DNA of 59,269 nt from a virus (Duplodnaviria > Caudoviricetes), in the IMG/VR virus record IMGVR_UViG_3300028581_003812, positions 1-59,269 of that record; one strand, 5' to 3'. The notes beneath the pieces were generated by a model, which did not search any database, had not been told where the DNA came from, and worked only from the letters and a program-made list of their open reading frames with translations. Shown piece after piece: positions 48,385-59,006 of this stretch; position 1 is the stretch's first letter; each line of letters begins with the position of its first letter. The position numbers were made by a program, and so were the translations under genes.

Positions 48385-49560
48385 ATGAAAGTATCAATAG
48401 GTGACATAGTAGACAGGTATTCAATTTGCAAACTCAAATCAGAGAGAACATCCATAGATTGCTCGTCTGAACTGCACGCACTTGAAGCTGAACTCAAGAA
48501 CTATGATGGAATTAATGGGTATGTTGATACATTATACCGGATAAACGGTGACATATGGAATCTTGAAGCAGATATTCGCAAAGGCAATGAAGATATAATT
48601 GGTTTAGAGGAAGTTGGCCGCAGAGCTATTCAAATCAGACAATTCAACGGTCAAAGAGTGGCTGTTAAAAATGACATTAACTCACTTCATAAAGAAGGTT
48701 TCGTTGAAACAAAAATTAATCACGGTAGTCATAAACAGGTACCCATAGTTGTCACACTCAGTACTGTTCCAGAAAGATTAAATCATATTCACTCGGAAGG
48801 ATTGCCTCTGGTTGTCAAGTCTTTATGCGAACAAACATATAAAGACTATGAAGTGCATTTTAATATACCTGAGATTTATAAACCAAACAATACACCATAT
48901 GTTATACCAGAATGGTTGAGTGAATATCAGCTCAAATATCCACACTTGAAGGTATTCCGTACAGAAGATTTTGGGCCACCCACTAAGCTATTGCCAACCC
49001 TGCTTCGTATTCAGGATCCAGAAACAATTATAGTTGTAGTGGATGATGATCTGGTGTATCACAGTGAACTTGTGCAAGAGCATTTCAATCATAATCAAAA
49101 AATTAATAATGCTGGTTTTGGTTATGATGGCAGATCTAATTGCGGTGAATACAGGTATAATGATTTAAGAGATGCATGGGTGCTATGCATTGATAGACCC
49201 ACAAAAACACATATTATTCAGCACTACAAATCTGCCTCTTATAGGAGAAAATACTTTGAATCTGACTTTTTTGAGCATTTCTTAGGCAAGACTCGATCAG
49301 ATGATATACTCATTTCTTATTATTTGAGATTTAAAGAGATTGATCTCATTATAATGCCCTATGAAACAGATCTGCACATGTTTGATACACCAGAAAAATG
49401 GCAAAAACATCAAGGTGTTGAAACATTTCCTGTTCTAAGACATGCTCACATGCCAGGAGCTACAGGCTGCACAAATCCTGATATGCTTAAGATTGAGGAC
49501 AGGTTTTACACCCCACCTATCTTTGAGACTTGGCTAAGAGAAAAACAGATAGTATACTAA
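48385..49560 (+). CDS. Helical N-terminal domain fused to a GT-A glycosyltransferase
   Basis: Start ATG 48385. VSIGDIVDRYSICKLK...INGDIWNLEADIR, then VVTLSTVPERL, DFGPPTKLLPTL, IVVVDDDLVY and SDDILIS. Confidence 0.75.
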   Translation: MKVSIGDIVDRYSICKLKSERTSIDCSSELHALEAELKNYDGINGYVDTLYRINGDIWNLEADIRKGNEDIIGLEEVGRRAIQIRQFNGQRVAVKNDINSLHKEGFVETKINHGSHKQVPIVVTLSTVPERLNHIHSEGLPLVVKSLCEQTYKDYEVHFNIPEIYKPNNTPYVIPEWLSEYQLKYPHLKVFRTEDFGPPTKLLPTLLRIQDPETIIVVVDDDLVYHSELVQEHFNHNQKINNAGFGYDGRSNCGEYRYNDLRDAWVLCIDRPTKTHIIQHYKSASYRRKYFESDFFEHFLGKTRSDDILISYYLRFKEIDLIIMPYETDLHMFDTPEKWQKHQGVETFPVLRHAHMPGATGCTNPDMLKIEDRFYTPPIFETWLREKQIVY

Positions 49561-50532
49561 ATGAACCGTAAGCTAGTGGTTCAATATGAGTTTCCTCATA
49601 ACGAATGGTTCCTTACCCGTTATTTTCATAGTGTTGCTAAAACTTTAGTTGATAAAAATTCAGAGATAGAGTTTACCTTCATAAACTCTGGAGATTTAAG
49701 TGAAAGGAATTCATATACACGCAATTCTGCACATATGATGACTATAACCAATCCTGATAATGGTAAGTACATACTTCAAAGCTTTTGGGATAAGAATATT
49801 TGTTTGTTCAATAAGCATCATTGGGATCCGCCCAACATGGTGCAACTTTTTTGCTCTTCCGGTTTAAACAGGGCAGAATATGACTATTTTTTTGCACATA
49901 CCCCCTGCAGGGATACTGTGCCTATTGATTATGACAACATCCTCACACCTTTTACCTATTTTCCGTACACTACAAGAGCTGCAAGAATAATAGAAGATCT
50001 ATACCCCCAAAGAAATTCAGAACATCTGGATAATAAAATGGTATTTCGTGGAGCACTTTATAATGAAAGACTGTTCCTAAGAAATACTATTCATAATGGG
50101 GAGGATATAGTAGTAGATAATATGCAAGATAGCTACAAAGATGCACCAGAGTTTTTAAAGGAGCAGATTGGCAATCTGTGTGCGCTCAGCATTAACGGTG
50201 CAGCGGAAATATGCAATAGAGACATTGAATTGTTTGGTCTTGGCATGCCTGTTCTTAGATCAGAGCTCAACATAGCTTTCCACAATCCTTTGATACCTGA
50301 TGTACACTACATTGCTGCCGGTAAATGTGATTTTAGATGCAGTACCACTCATACAGATTACAATATACTAAAAAATGCTATACTTGAAAAGTTTGAGTTT
50401 GTAAAAAATCATCGTGACTTCTGTTTACAGGTGGGTGAAAATGCCAGAAAATGGTATCTGGAGAATTGTACTATTAGCAACATGGTATCCATGTTTGAAA
50501 AATTGGTGAAGCTGGACAAGCTATTTGAATGA
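49561..50532 (+). CDS. GT-B glycosyltransferase-like protein (GT90/CAP10- or exostosin-like)
   Basis: KMVFRGA, ALSINGAAEICNRDIELFGLGMP, PLIPDVHYI and VGENARKWY. Confidence 0.6.
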   Translation: MNRKLVVQYEFPHNEWFLTRYFHSVAKTLVDKNSEIEFTFINSGDLSERNSYTRNSAHMMTITNPDNGKYILQSFWDKNICLFNKHHWDPPNMVQLFCSSGLNRAEYDYFFAHTPCRDTVPIDYDNILTPFTYFPYTTRAARIIEDLYPQRNSEHLDNKMVFRGALYNERLFLRNTIHNGEDIVVDNMQDSYKDAPEFLKEQIGNLCALSINGAAEICNRDIELFGLGMPVLRSELNIAFHNPLIPDVHYIAAGKCDFRCSTTHTDYNILKNAILEKFEFVKNHRDFCLQVGENARKWYLENCTISNMVSMFEKLVKLDKLFE

Positions 50533-51449
50533 ACAATTTAATCATATATCAATCATCAAATTTTCAAAATAAATTCTTCAGATACTATCATTTGTTTTTT
50601 GATCAATTAATATGCCAATTAAAAACCAATTATATTGTTAAAGAGGATAGATTTTTTGAAAAAGCTGACGAAATTGGCAGACCCATCAGACTTTCTGATG
50701 GCAGTGAATATACTATTTTAGAATGTGAATTATTGATAGAAAACACCACAACTAACAAAATCTATTTTATTTCTGTTTGCGATTTGCTCTCAAGTTGCAG
50801 CATACATATCCAAATGAACAAGAGATTGCAAAAGGTTTTATTAAGTCAATATAATTTTAAAGAAATTGAGCTCAATATCTTACCTGCACACTCTGATAAG
50901 TTTGTTCCTTGGATATATTTTCCATATGTAAGCAACGATTTGGAGCAACATTATACTAAGCGAGCCACAGCAGTATTGAAGGACGAGCTGTTTTTTAGAA
51001 CTTCATCCTCATGGTACCGTCCGTTATTGAGATACATTGATAACAGCATTCTTAAAGACATAGAGCATATAGGCAGCTTCGACAATTACTGTAGTGATGC
51101 TATAACATATAAGATGGGCCTATCCTTAGGCGGCAAAGGTGATTTATGTTATAGAGACATAGAATACTTGGGTCTGGGCATACCCTTCATTAGATTCAAA
51201 TACAACAGTACACTCAGTCAACCTTTATTGCCAAATTACCACTACATTAATGTGGATTACCCTGAAAGCAGTGTTCGTGATAAAGATGGTACAGAGGAGT
51301 ATGCTGAATTAATTAAAAAAAGGTTTTTGGAAGTTAAAGACGATGTTAATCTTTTAAATTACATCTCCAACAATGGCTACAATTATTATAATACATATAT
51401 AAAGCATCCCAATAATGTAGCATACACTTTACAATTACTTGACCTATAG
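50529..51449 (+). CDS. GT-B glycosyltransferase-like protein, paralog of the upstream gene
   Basis: LFFR, GLSLGGKGDLCYRDIEYLGLGIP, PLLPNYHYI and ISNNGYNYY. Confidence 0.6.
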   Translation: MNNLIIYQSSNFQNKFFRYYHLFFDQLICQLKTNYIVKEDRFFEKADEIGRPIRLSDGSEYTILECELLIENTTTNKIYFISVCDLLSSCSIHIQMNKRLQKVLLSQYNFKEIELNILPAHSDKFVPWIYFPYVSNDLEQHYTKRATAVLKDELFFRTSSSWYRPLLRYIDNSILKDIEHIGSFDNYCSDAITYKMGLSLGGKGDLCYRDIEYLGLGIPFIRFKYNSTLSQPLLPNYHYINVDYPESSVRDKDGTEEYAELIKKRFLEVKDDVNLLNYISNNGYNYYNTYIKHPNNVAYTLQLLDL

Positions 51450-51482
51450 ATTTGTCATTTTAAAGCTATACATATTCAATAG

Positions 51483-53150
51483 ATGAAAAATAAATTAACC
51501 ATTGTCACTGGTATTTTTGATCTGGGCAGAGATAATGCCGGTGAGGGGTTCAAGCGACCATTCACACATTACATAGTCAAATTTACTGAACTGCTCAAAG
51601 CACTAAAGGATTATAATGTAGTTATCTATATTGAAGAGAAGTATAAAAATTTAGTTGAAGATATACGCGATTCATCAAACACAGTAATAAGAACGAAAGA
51701 AATTGATGATTTTAGAAACAATTTTCCTTTCTATGATCAAGTATCTAAAATAAGAAAGGATGAAAAGTGGTTTAAGCAAGCTGGTTGGTTGGAGAACAGT
51801 GCACAAGCTACCATGGAGCTCTACAACCCCATGGTCATGTCAAAAATGTTCATGCTTCATGATGAAAAAATCCGCAATCCTTTTGACTCTGATTATTTTT
51901 GCTGGATTGACGGTGGTTTAACCAATACAGTACACCCAGGATACTTTTCCAAAGATAAAGTATTGGATAAACTACCTAATATTTTGGATAAGTTTTTATT
52001 CTTGTGTTTCCCATACCCTGATGGAGGTGAAATTCATGGCTTTGACCGAAACAAGCTGAACGATTTAGCTGGCACAAAAAATGTAGAGTATGTTTGCAGG
52101 GGTGGAATTTTTGGCGGCCCCAAAGATCTTATAAGTGATATTAATAGCATTTATTATAGTCATTTATGCAGCACTCTTAATGAAGGATACATGGGCACTG
52201 AAGAGAGCATATTCACGTTAATGTCTTACACACACCCTCAGTTATTTAAAAAGCATATGATTGAATCAAACGGACTAGTAAGCAAATTTTTTGAGGATTT
52301 AAAAAATATGGAGGTGCAAGAGAATAACAACATTACTCTGAATAATTACACAGGTACCAGTCTGTATGTCATTGGATTCAATTCACCTAATCAATTTGAG
52401 ACATTGTGTGAAAGTTATCTGCAACAGCCTGGCTTTATAAAAGAAACAAAGAATTACCTGTTGGATAACAGTACTGATGTATCTACCACTCCAGCTTATG
52501 AAGAGCTTTGTAAGAAATATAACTTTGAGCATCTTAAGAAAGATAATTTAGGCATATGCGGTGGCAGACAATTTGTAGCTGAGCATTTTGATTCAACAGA
52601 TTCAAAGTATTATATTTTTCTAGAAGATGATATGCTTCTATATGATAAAGAAGGTGTATGCAAGAATGGGTTCAACAGAAAAACGAACAATTTATTTTAT
52701 AAGATTTTAAAAATAATGGACAAAGAAAATTATGACTTTTTAAAGTTTAGCTTTACTGAGTTTTTTGGCGACAATTCAACACAATGGTCATGGTATAATC
52801 TTCCACAAGTTGCAAGAGAAAGATTTTTTCCTGATTACAACAAACTGCCTAAGATAGGCACAGATCCAAATGCACCAAAAACAACATATAAGAATATTAA
52901 AACTTTGGATGGTGTTGCGTATGCAGATGGTGAAGTGTATTACTGCAATTGGCCACAGATAGTGTCTAGAGAAGGTAATAAAAAAATGTTTTTAACTACC
53001 AAATGGCAACGCCCATATGAGCAAACTTGGATGTCTTACATGTATCAGCTATGCAAAGAGCAGGTATTAGCAGGTAGCATATTGTTAATGTCTCCTATAG
53101 AACATAATAGATTTGATCATTATGCAGGTAACCTCAGAAAAGAGAGTTAA
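51483..53150 (+). CDS. HtrL/YibB-like glycosyltransferase fused to a second GT-A-like domain
   Basis: LTIVTGIFDLGR, YNPMVMSKMFML, NPFDSDYFCWIDGG, GGIFGG and GTEESIF; C-terminal NLGICGGR...YIFLEDDM. Confidence 0.75.
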   Translation: MKNKLTIVTGIFDLGRDNAGEGFKRPFTHYIVKFTELLKALKDYNVVIYIEEKYKNLVEDIRDSSNTVIRTKEIDDFRNNFPFYDQVSKIRKDEKWFKQAGWLENSAQATMELYNPMVMSKMFMLHDEKIRNPFDSDYFCWIDGGLTNTVHPGYFSKDKVLDKLPNILDKFLFLCFPYPDGGEIHGFDRNKLNDLAGTKNVEYVCRGGIFGGPKDLISDINSIYYSHLCSTLNEGYMGTEESIFTLMSYTHPQLFKKHMIESNGLVSKFFEDLKNMEVQENNNITLNNYTGTSLYVIGFNSPNQFETLCESYLQQPGFIKETKNYLLDNSTDVSTTPAYEELCKKYNFEHLKKDNLGICGGRQFVAEHFDSTDSKYYIFLEDDMLLYDKEGVCKNGFNRKTNNLFYKILKIMDKENYDFLKFSFTEFFGDNSTQWSWYNLPQVARERFFPDYNKLPKIGTDPNAPKTTYKNIKTLDGVAYADGEVYYCNWPQIVSREGNKKMFLTTKWQRPYEQTWMSYMYQLCKEQVLAGSILLMSPIEHNRFDHYAGNLRKES

Positions 53151-53179
53151 AAAACTATACTTTTATAGTAAATAATTAG

Positions 53180-54004
53180 GTGAATTATACATATTATGTA
53201 TTGTCCAGTTACCAACCACTTGGTAAGCCTGGATTTGTTAATTCATGGTTTTTTTATGACCCAGTGTATGGTGTCAACATTAATTACCCTAACACTCTGA
53301 GTGGCAGTACATTTGATAGCACTCTGGGCACATATGTGTATCCTGCAACAACTTATGGAGGCAATTTCATACCCTGGGGCTACATAGTACAAAATTCTAC
53401 TCTGAGTGCTGATTTAGGTAATTTTAAAGGTTCAACTACTTTAACTATTCAACCTTCTTCAATAGATGAGAAGTATTTTACCACATTAAAGATTGTATAT
53501 GATTTTAATGACAACGATATAAGAGTGATTGAGAAAAGCATTGTGCAGAACGATGTGTTCAATAACGTGAGTATAGATCCTGGATCGCCTACAGATTATC
53601 CTATTTCCCATACGTACTACACTCCCACTACAACCACCACGTTTTACCCTTCAATAACAGTAATCAATGGCAACTTAGCTTTAAACATTTTTAATCTTAA
53701 ATTAACCTTAAAACAGGATTCACTCTTTGATTTTGATAATTTTCATTTAATCAATTCTGCTCAGTTAACGAAGGCAGCATCTTTAAAATATAAAAGCTTA
53801 GAAGTTATAGAGCTAGATTCACAACCGTCAAAACTCATTTCAAATTTCTTACTGTTAAGTGCAAATGCTGACGAAATTTACAATACCCCCTACCCTACAC
53901 CTTCTTTAACAATAACAAATACACCAACGCCGACACCAACAAAAACAGTGATACCCACACCCACACCCACATTAACCCCCACTCCCACTAAAACCTCACC
54001 ATAA
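53180..54004 (+). CDS. Virion protein with C-terminal Thr/Pro tail
   Basis: Late promoter 5 nt upstream; ends TPYPTPSLTITNTPTPTPTKTVIPTPTPTLTPTPTKTSP. Confidence 0.65.
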   Translation: MNYTYYVLSSYQPLGKPGFVNSWFFYDPVYGVNINYPNTLSGSTFDSTLGTYVYPATTYGGNFIPWGYIVQNSTLSADLGNFKGSTTLTIQPSSIDEKYFTTLKIVYDFNDNDIRVIEKSIVQNDVFNNVSIDPGSPTDYPISHTYYTPTTTTTFYPSITVINGNLALNIFNLKLTLKQDSLFDFDNFHLINSAQLTKAASLKYKSLEVIELDSQPSKLISNFLLLSANADEIYNTPYPTPSLTITNTPTPTPTKTVIPTPTPTLTPTPTKTSP

Positions 54005-54014
54005 ATAAAAACAT

Positions 54015-57000
54015 ATGGATATCATATCTTTAAATCAATTTAATTTTATAGGATTATCAGCTAACTACCCTTTTGATAACACCCTAAAAATAAATCAAAA
54101 TATGTTTTTTTCAGAACAAGGTATTAATATTGCTATTAATAATATCCTTCAAGATGTTAATGATAATAAAATAAATAATTATTCAAACCTATTTCTAACC
54201 AAGTTAGATAATTTGGATAGTAATGTTACTATCCAAACACTCAATAAATTGGACGATGAGGGGTTCTCTACATATTTTGCTTGTAATGCCATAGGCGCAT
54301 TTACGCCCACGTCACGTTTTTGGACAGTGGAAGAGCCTGACATTGATACGAATCTAGCAAGCATTGCTGTAACTGGTGTTTCAACTGAAATTAATAATTC
54401 CTATTTCTTTGATGTCGAACTTCTGACTGACAAACTGTGCACAGTCTCTCATGAAAACAACGGGATAATAAGATATCTTACTCTAGATTATACAGGCAAC
54501 TTAAGCTTTTGTAAAGAAATCGATTTATTAACTACAAATGAATACAATCCTCAAATTTTTTATTATGTTTATGCACGTAATTATGATTATTTTATATTAA
54601 TGAAAAACATTAATGATGTATGCAAATTTTTAACGTATTCAGCTGATGCTCAAGACTTAATTCTAGTGGATCCTTTGACCGGTTCTGTAGTACCCTACTC
54701 TACTACTGCTGTGTTTAGAGTTCGCCCTAGGAATGAGGAGCCCAACTTCACAAGCTTAACAGACTCATGGGTAAGTTATAAGAAAGATTTTAAAACAAAT
54801 TCGTTAACTGTTAATAATGACCGAAGCTACAGTAAAATAAAAAGTAATCTGCTTGTCAATAGTGAGTATTATAATGTTTCAGAAGATAAAAAATCTTTAG
54901 ATGTAAATTTATTATCGTTAAAAAATACTAACACATCTGAAAACAACCAATCTCGAGGCAACCCGTTCTTTAATGAAGATAATGTACAGTTCAGAGATTA
55001 TAAAACAATTTTTACAGGCTCAAATCAAATCAAAGGCAATGACAATATAGTCTTTAATTATGAAACATATACAACATCAATATTTCTTAAGAAAGATAAA
55101 GTAACATATTTTCATGTACCACAAATTTTTTACCCTTTTGTGAGACTTAATATTAATGATTCAAATCTTGTTAATGCAGGTGCCATTGCTGGCGATCACC
55201 CTTTAAAATCTGATAAAATTTTTAAGAAAAAATCTGATTACAAATATTCATCGCATTTCGGTGAAACAATTGAAGAAACAACTGGCAGCTTTTTATGTTC
55301 ATGGCTTTCTGGTAGCACAGACACCACTGTAAAACCCATATGGGTTGACAGGTACTTTAATCCCAAACGCTCTACATTTATTAGTGCTTTGTCTGCTTCA
55401 ACATACAAAGCGATCCAATACATTTCGCTTTTTGATTGTTTGACTGATAAGGCTGCAGAATTACTTGGTGATGTTGATGTTTTTGATAAACCTTCAGATT
55501 TAGTTTTTGAGCCTGGTACCTATTATGCATATCATCACTACGGTCCAAAAGATGTTGACAATTTTATTAAAACGTTTTCAAGCTATTTAGTTCAGAATAA
55601 CTTTGATTATGTATACAGCACTAATGGGTCCGTTATTAATATTGATAAAAATAATTTTGAATATGATTTAAATGGTGAGAATTACTTAATCTCTGATAGT
55701 CTTTCAGCTATACAAGCTACCAATCAATTCACTCTGGCTTTTGATGCACATTCTGATGATTGGACAAAACCCTCGGGCTACCAAATTTTAGGCAATTTTA
55801 ATCGTGATGGGTTTGGAGTTTATAATAAAAATCTGGCCACCCCGTTAATTATATTTCCTGCTGCAAGTGCGCTCTATATAACCAATACTGATTTTAAAGT
55901 ATTGAATACAGTGGAACTCAATTCAAATATTTGCGGCATTATTAGACTGCAAGGTCTAAATGATGTGTATACAATACTGGAGGATAGTAGTATAAGACGG
56001 TACAACCTTTCGTATTCAGAGACAAGAAAAATAGTTCCTAGTGATAATGCCAAATTAAACCAGCTCTATGATATTGACTACGATGAAACAAACGCATATA
56101 TTTTATATAACAATAATGTACCGCCAAATGTAACCTCTCTAGTGAAGCAGTTTAATCTAGTTAACAATGAAATACAAGACGCAACTAATGCTACAAAAAA
56201 CTGCATTCTGTTTACTAGTCCTAATTTACGCAGAACTGTAAACGTTTATAAAGATAAATTATACTTTACTAATGGATCCAAGGCAGAAAGAATTGATAAT
56301 ACTATTTTTTATCAAATTAATAATAGCTTAAGAATGTGGAAAAATATTGATTCGGCTTACTCCACAGATTTTATTGCATTTAGTGCTGCAACTAGTGTAG
56401 ATGATTTTATGTTCGATTTTGATAAAAATTTATGGTTGTTATATGATAAAAATAAATATGTTAAATTTACTAATAAGCGGAAATTCATATTATCTGGTAG
56501 CTTCGGTAACGATAGCTACGACAACTATAAATTGTTTCCCACTGCAGAGTTTGATAACACAGGATACAATAAAAAGATAATTGCATCCAGATTAGCAAAT
56601 GCAAAAACCAATTTAAACATAGTTACCATTGATTCCATTGGTAATATAGAGAAATCTACTCTTTTAAACGCTACATCAGCTAAGTTTAACAATTTTTCCA
56701 ATAGTTCGTATCTTACTAATTATCTTGCTGAAAAATACCCAGAGAGTAGCTTAAATTTTGTTGCGCAGCTAGTCAATTCCTTTGATTTAAACGATACAGC
56801 TTCCACTGAAATTGTATACAATCTTTCAGCGTTAGACCCGGGGTACCATAATTTTGCTCTTCGCTTTGATTCATATGAAGGATTCATGTATTTGTTTGTG
56901 GATGGTCAAATGCAACAGTACTCAGAATTTGCACCCAGAAAGTATAAATTTAGTAATCTGGCTTCCCGACCTTTTTTAATAGGTACCAGTTCCTATACTA

Positions 57001-57374
57001 ATGGCGTACCTCTCTTTAACTACCTTAAAAAAGAAAACTCTTACATGGTTGATAACATTAAAATTAAAAACTTTTATTTGTATGATAAGCCGTTGTTTGA
57101 TTTTGATATTATTTTTCATGCCAGAAAAGGTATGAAAATTAATGATTTAAATTTTGATCTGGCTTGTGGTAAAAGAAATTATCTGGAAGAAGTGGAGCGA
57201 TATTTCAAGGTGGATCCACCTGGTACAAAGAGCACACTCTTCAATGTGGCAATACGCAACACAGGTATCACTAACCCGGAGCTAAGATATGCTCTGGAGC
57301 AAAGAGTAAACCAAATTTTTAGTATATCTGCACCTGCGTATACTAAATTAAATAAATTTGTCTGGATAAATTAA
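54015..57374 (+). CDS. Large virion protein, probable LamG/concanavalin-like and propeller domains
   Basis: 1119 aa with GYHNFALRFDSYEGFMYLFVDG...FLIG...IKNFYLYDKPL; TAAATA upstream. Confidence 0.6.
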   Translation: MDIISLNQFNFIGLSANYPFDNTLKINQNMFFSEQGINIAINNILQDVNDNKINNYSNLFLTKLDNLDSNVTIQTLNKLDDEGFSTYFACNAIGAFTPTSRFWTVEEPDIDTNLASIAVTGVSTEINNSYFFDVELLTDKLCTVSHENNGIIRYLTLDYTGNLSFCKEIDLLTTNEYNPQIFYYVYARNYDYFILMKNINDVCKFLTYSADAQDLILVDPLTGSVVPYSTTAVFRVRPRNEEPNFTSLTDSWVSYKKDFKTNSLTVNNDRSYSKIKSNLLVNSEYYNVSEDKKSLDVNLLSLKNTNTSENNQSRGNPFFNEDNVQFRDYKTIFTGSNQIKGNDNIVFNYETYTTSIFLKKDKVTYFHVPQIFYPFVRLNINDSNLVNAGAIAGDHPLKSDKIFKKKSDYKYSSHFGETIEETTGSFLCSWLSGSTDTTVKPIWVDRYFNPKRSTFISALSASTYKAIQYISLFDCLTDKAAELLGDVDVFDKPSDLVFEPGTYYAYHHYGPKDVDNFIKTFSSYLVQNNFDYVYSTNGSVINIDKNNFEYDLNGENYLISDSLSAIQATNQFTLAFDAHSDDWTKPSGYQILGNFNRDGFGVYNKNLATPLIIFPAASALYITNTDFKVLNTVELNSNICGIIRLQGLNDVYTILEDSSIRRYNLSYSETRKIVPSDNAKLNQLYDIDYDETNAYILYNNNVPPNVTSLVKQFNLVNNEIQDATNATKNCILFTSPNLRRTVNVYKDKLYFTNGSKAERIDNTIFYQINNSLRMWKNIDSAYSTDFIAFSAATSVDDFMFDFDKNLWLLYDKNKYVKFTNKRKFILSGSFGNDSYDNYKLFPTAEFDNTGYNKKIIASRLANAKTNLNIVTIDSIGNIEKSTLLNATSAKFNNFSNSSYLTNYLAEKYPESSLNFVAQLVNSFDLNDTASTEIVYNLSALDPGYHNFALRFDSYEGFMYLFVDGQMQQYSEFAPRKYKFSNLASRPFLIGTSSYTNGVPLFNYLKKENSYMVDNIKIKNFYLYDKPLFDFDIIFHARKGMKINDLNFDLACGKRNYLEEVERYFKVDPPGTKSTLFNVAIRNTGITNPELRYALEQRVNQIFSISAPAYTKLNKFVWIN

Positions 57375-57379
57375 AACAT

Positions 57380-58999
57380 ATGAACATTTCTCAAGTATCC
57401 GCTGAAAATAACATAGTATATGATAGATATCTTTACGATAATCTTGAACTACCATATGGCATAAATGAAATCCTTATTCAAGCCAACGAAACTGTTTCTG
57501 CCAGTGTAATGAACTTAAAATTCGACTACATAAATAAAAACTTCTTGTATCTTTATAAAAATTCATTAATAAGCTCAAATATTATTCCTGTTTCTAATAC
57601 CGCTATTGCTGGTATTACAGCAAATTCGACTCTTTTCACTTGGTATTATAATTTGAGCACATCACAGTTCATACCTCTCTCCACCAATGTTGGTTTGGAG
57701 GGTATGGATCAAGTAAATTTAATGCATATACTGCAAAACCAAGGTACAGGGGCTTATTATATGTTCTTATCCTATTCTAACTATGTTAAGGTTTTTAAAT
57801 TTAATTTACAAGGTACATATTTGCAGAATGTATTTAATTTTAGTGAAATAGACCCCGGTCTCTCACAAGGCACTGGGTATGGTATAGCCTATAAAAGTAT
57901 ATCTGCTTTTGCTGCCATTGATAGATATTTTTATGTTCTAGATTCAGAGAGGTGCCAGCTAGTAAAATATGATGCAATTGGGTTCATAACAAAAAACAAT
58001 ATTTTTAATGAAAAGCTATCATATGTAAATTCAATAGGAAACTTTGGCGGTAAAACATCCAAATTGGAATTCAATAACCCAACAGGGCTAGCTGTGTACC
58101 AAAAATTTATATATGTATTAGATTCAGGTAACAGTTGTGTTAAAAAATACGATGGAGATTTAAACTGGGTTTACACATATAGGCTTTCAAAAGATTTATT
58201 AAACATTACTGCTCTTAATATAGCTTGTGATAATAGTGGCAATATTTACATTTTAACAAATAAAACTTTACTAAAATACAACAACAACTTCACATCAAAA
58301 GAAGAAATCGATTTAACAAAATATACAGGTGAAACGTTTAAAAAAATAGTTATTTCCACTACTAATGAAAATATTTTTTACCTGGTATCAGATAAAAATG
58401 TATATAAAAAGTTTACTAACCGCATAAGCCCTGACATAGGCAAATATCTTTTGTACAGGTACAACTACAACATACCTGCTGATAATATTACAGCATTCAC
58501 AACAATATCAGATGGTACAAATGATAATGTATTAATATTTACAAAAAACGGCAACACTGGTAAATTAGGTTTGTTTAAAGATAATTTGAATTTGTATGAT
58601 ATTTTAGCTCAAAGAGACTTTGATGTGTATACTTTAGGTAATATAGAAATAAACGGTCATGAATATTTTCAAAATTGGTGTATTAACAAAAGTTTAGCTA
58701 AAATTATTTTGAACCATATGCGTTTTAGAGATCAAATTATAGGTAAATTTCAAGCTAAAACTGATATTAATAATAATATAGTGTTTTCTAATACAAGATA
58801 TTTGCTGCCAGACGAATTAGATTCCATTTATTTTCAACAAGAACTCACTGCTTTCATAGGAGCAAATGAAATAGTAACCACAAGTGTTGTTAACAGATGC
58901 ATCAGATATATATACAATGCACAAATAAATATGCTTAAAGTATTGCAAGCTGAAATCCTAGGCATACCATACTTTGATAACACCATCACTTTGAGTTAA
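57380..58999 (+). CDS. NHL-repeat beta-propeller virion protein
   Basis: FNNPTGLAVYQKFIYVLDSGNSCVKKYD and IACDNSGNIYIL. Confidence 0.7.
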   Translation: MNISQVSAENNIVYDRYLYDNLELPYGINEILIQANETVSASVMNLKFDYINKNFLYLYKNSLISSNIIPVSNTAIAGITANSTLFTWYYNLSTSQFIPLSTNVGLEGMDQVNLMHILQNQGTGAYYMFLSYSNYVKVFKFNLQGTYLQNVFNFSEIDPGLSQGTGYGIAYKSISAFAAIDRYFYVLDSERCQLVKYDAIGFITKNNIFNEKLSYVNSIGNFGGKTSKLEFNNPTGLAVYQKFIYVLDSGNSCVKKYDGDLNWVYTYRLSKDLLNITALNIACDNSGNIYILTNKTLLKYNNNFTSKEEIDLTKYTGETFKKIVISTTNENIFYLVSDKNVYKKFTNRISPDIGKYLLYRYNYNIPADNITAFTTISDGTNDNVLIFTKNGNTGKLGLFKDNLNLYDILAQRDFDVYTLGNIEINGHEYFQNWCINKSLAKIILNHMRFRDQIIGKFQAKTDINNNIVFSNTRYLLPDELDSIYFQQELTAFIGANEIVTTSVVNRCIRYIYNAQINMLKVLQAEILGIPYFDNTITLS

Positions 59000-59006
59000 A
59001 TACCAT

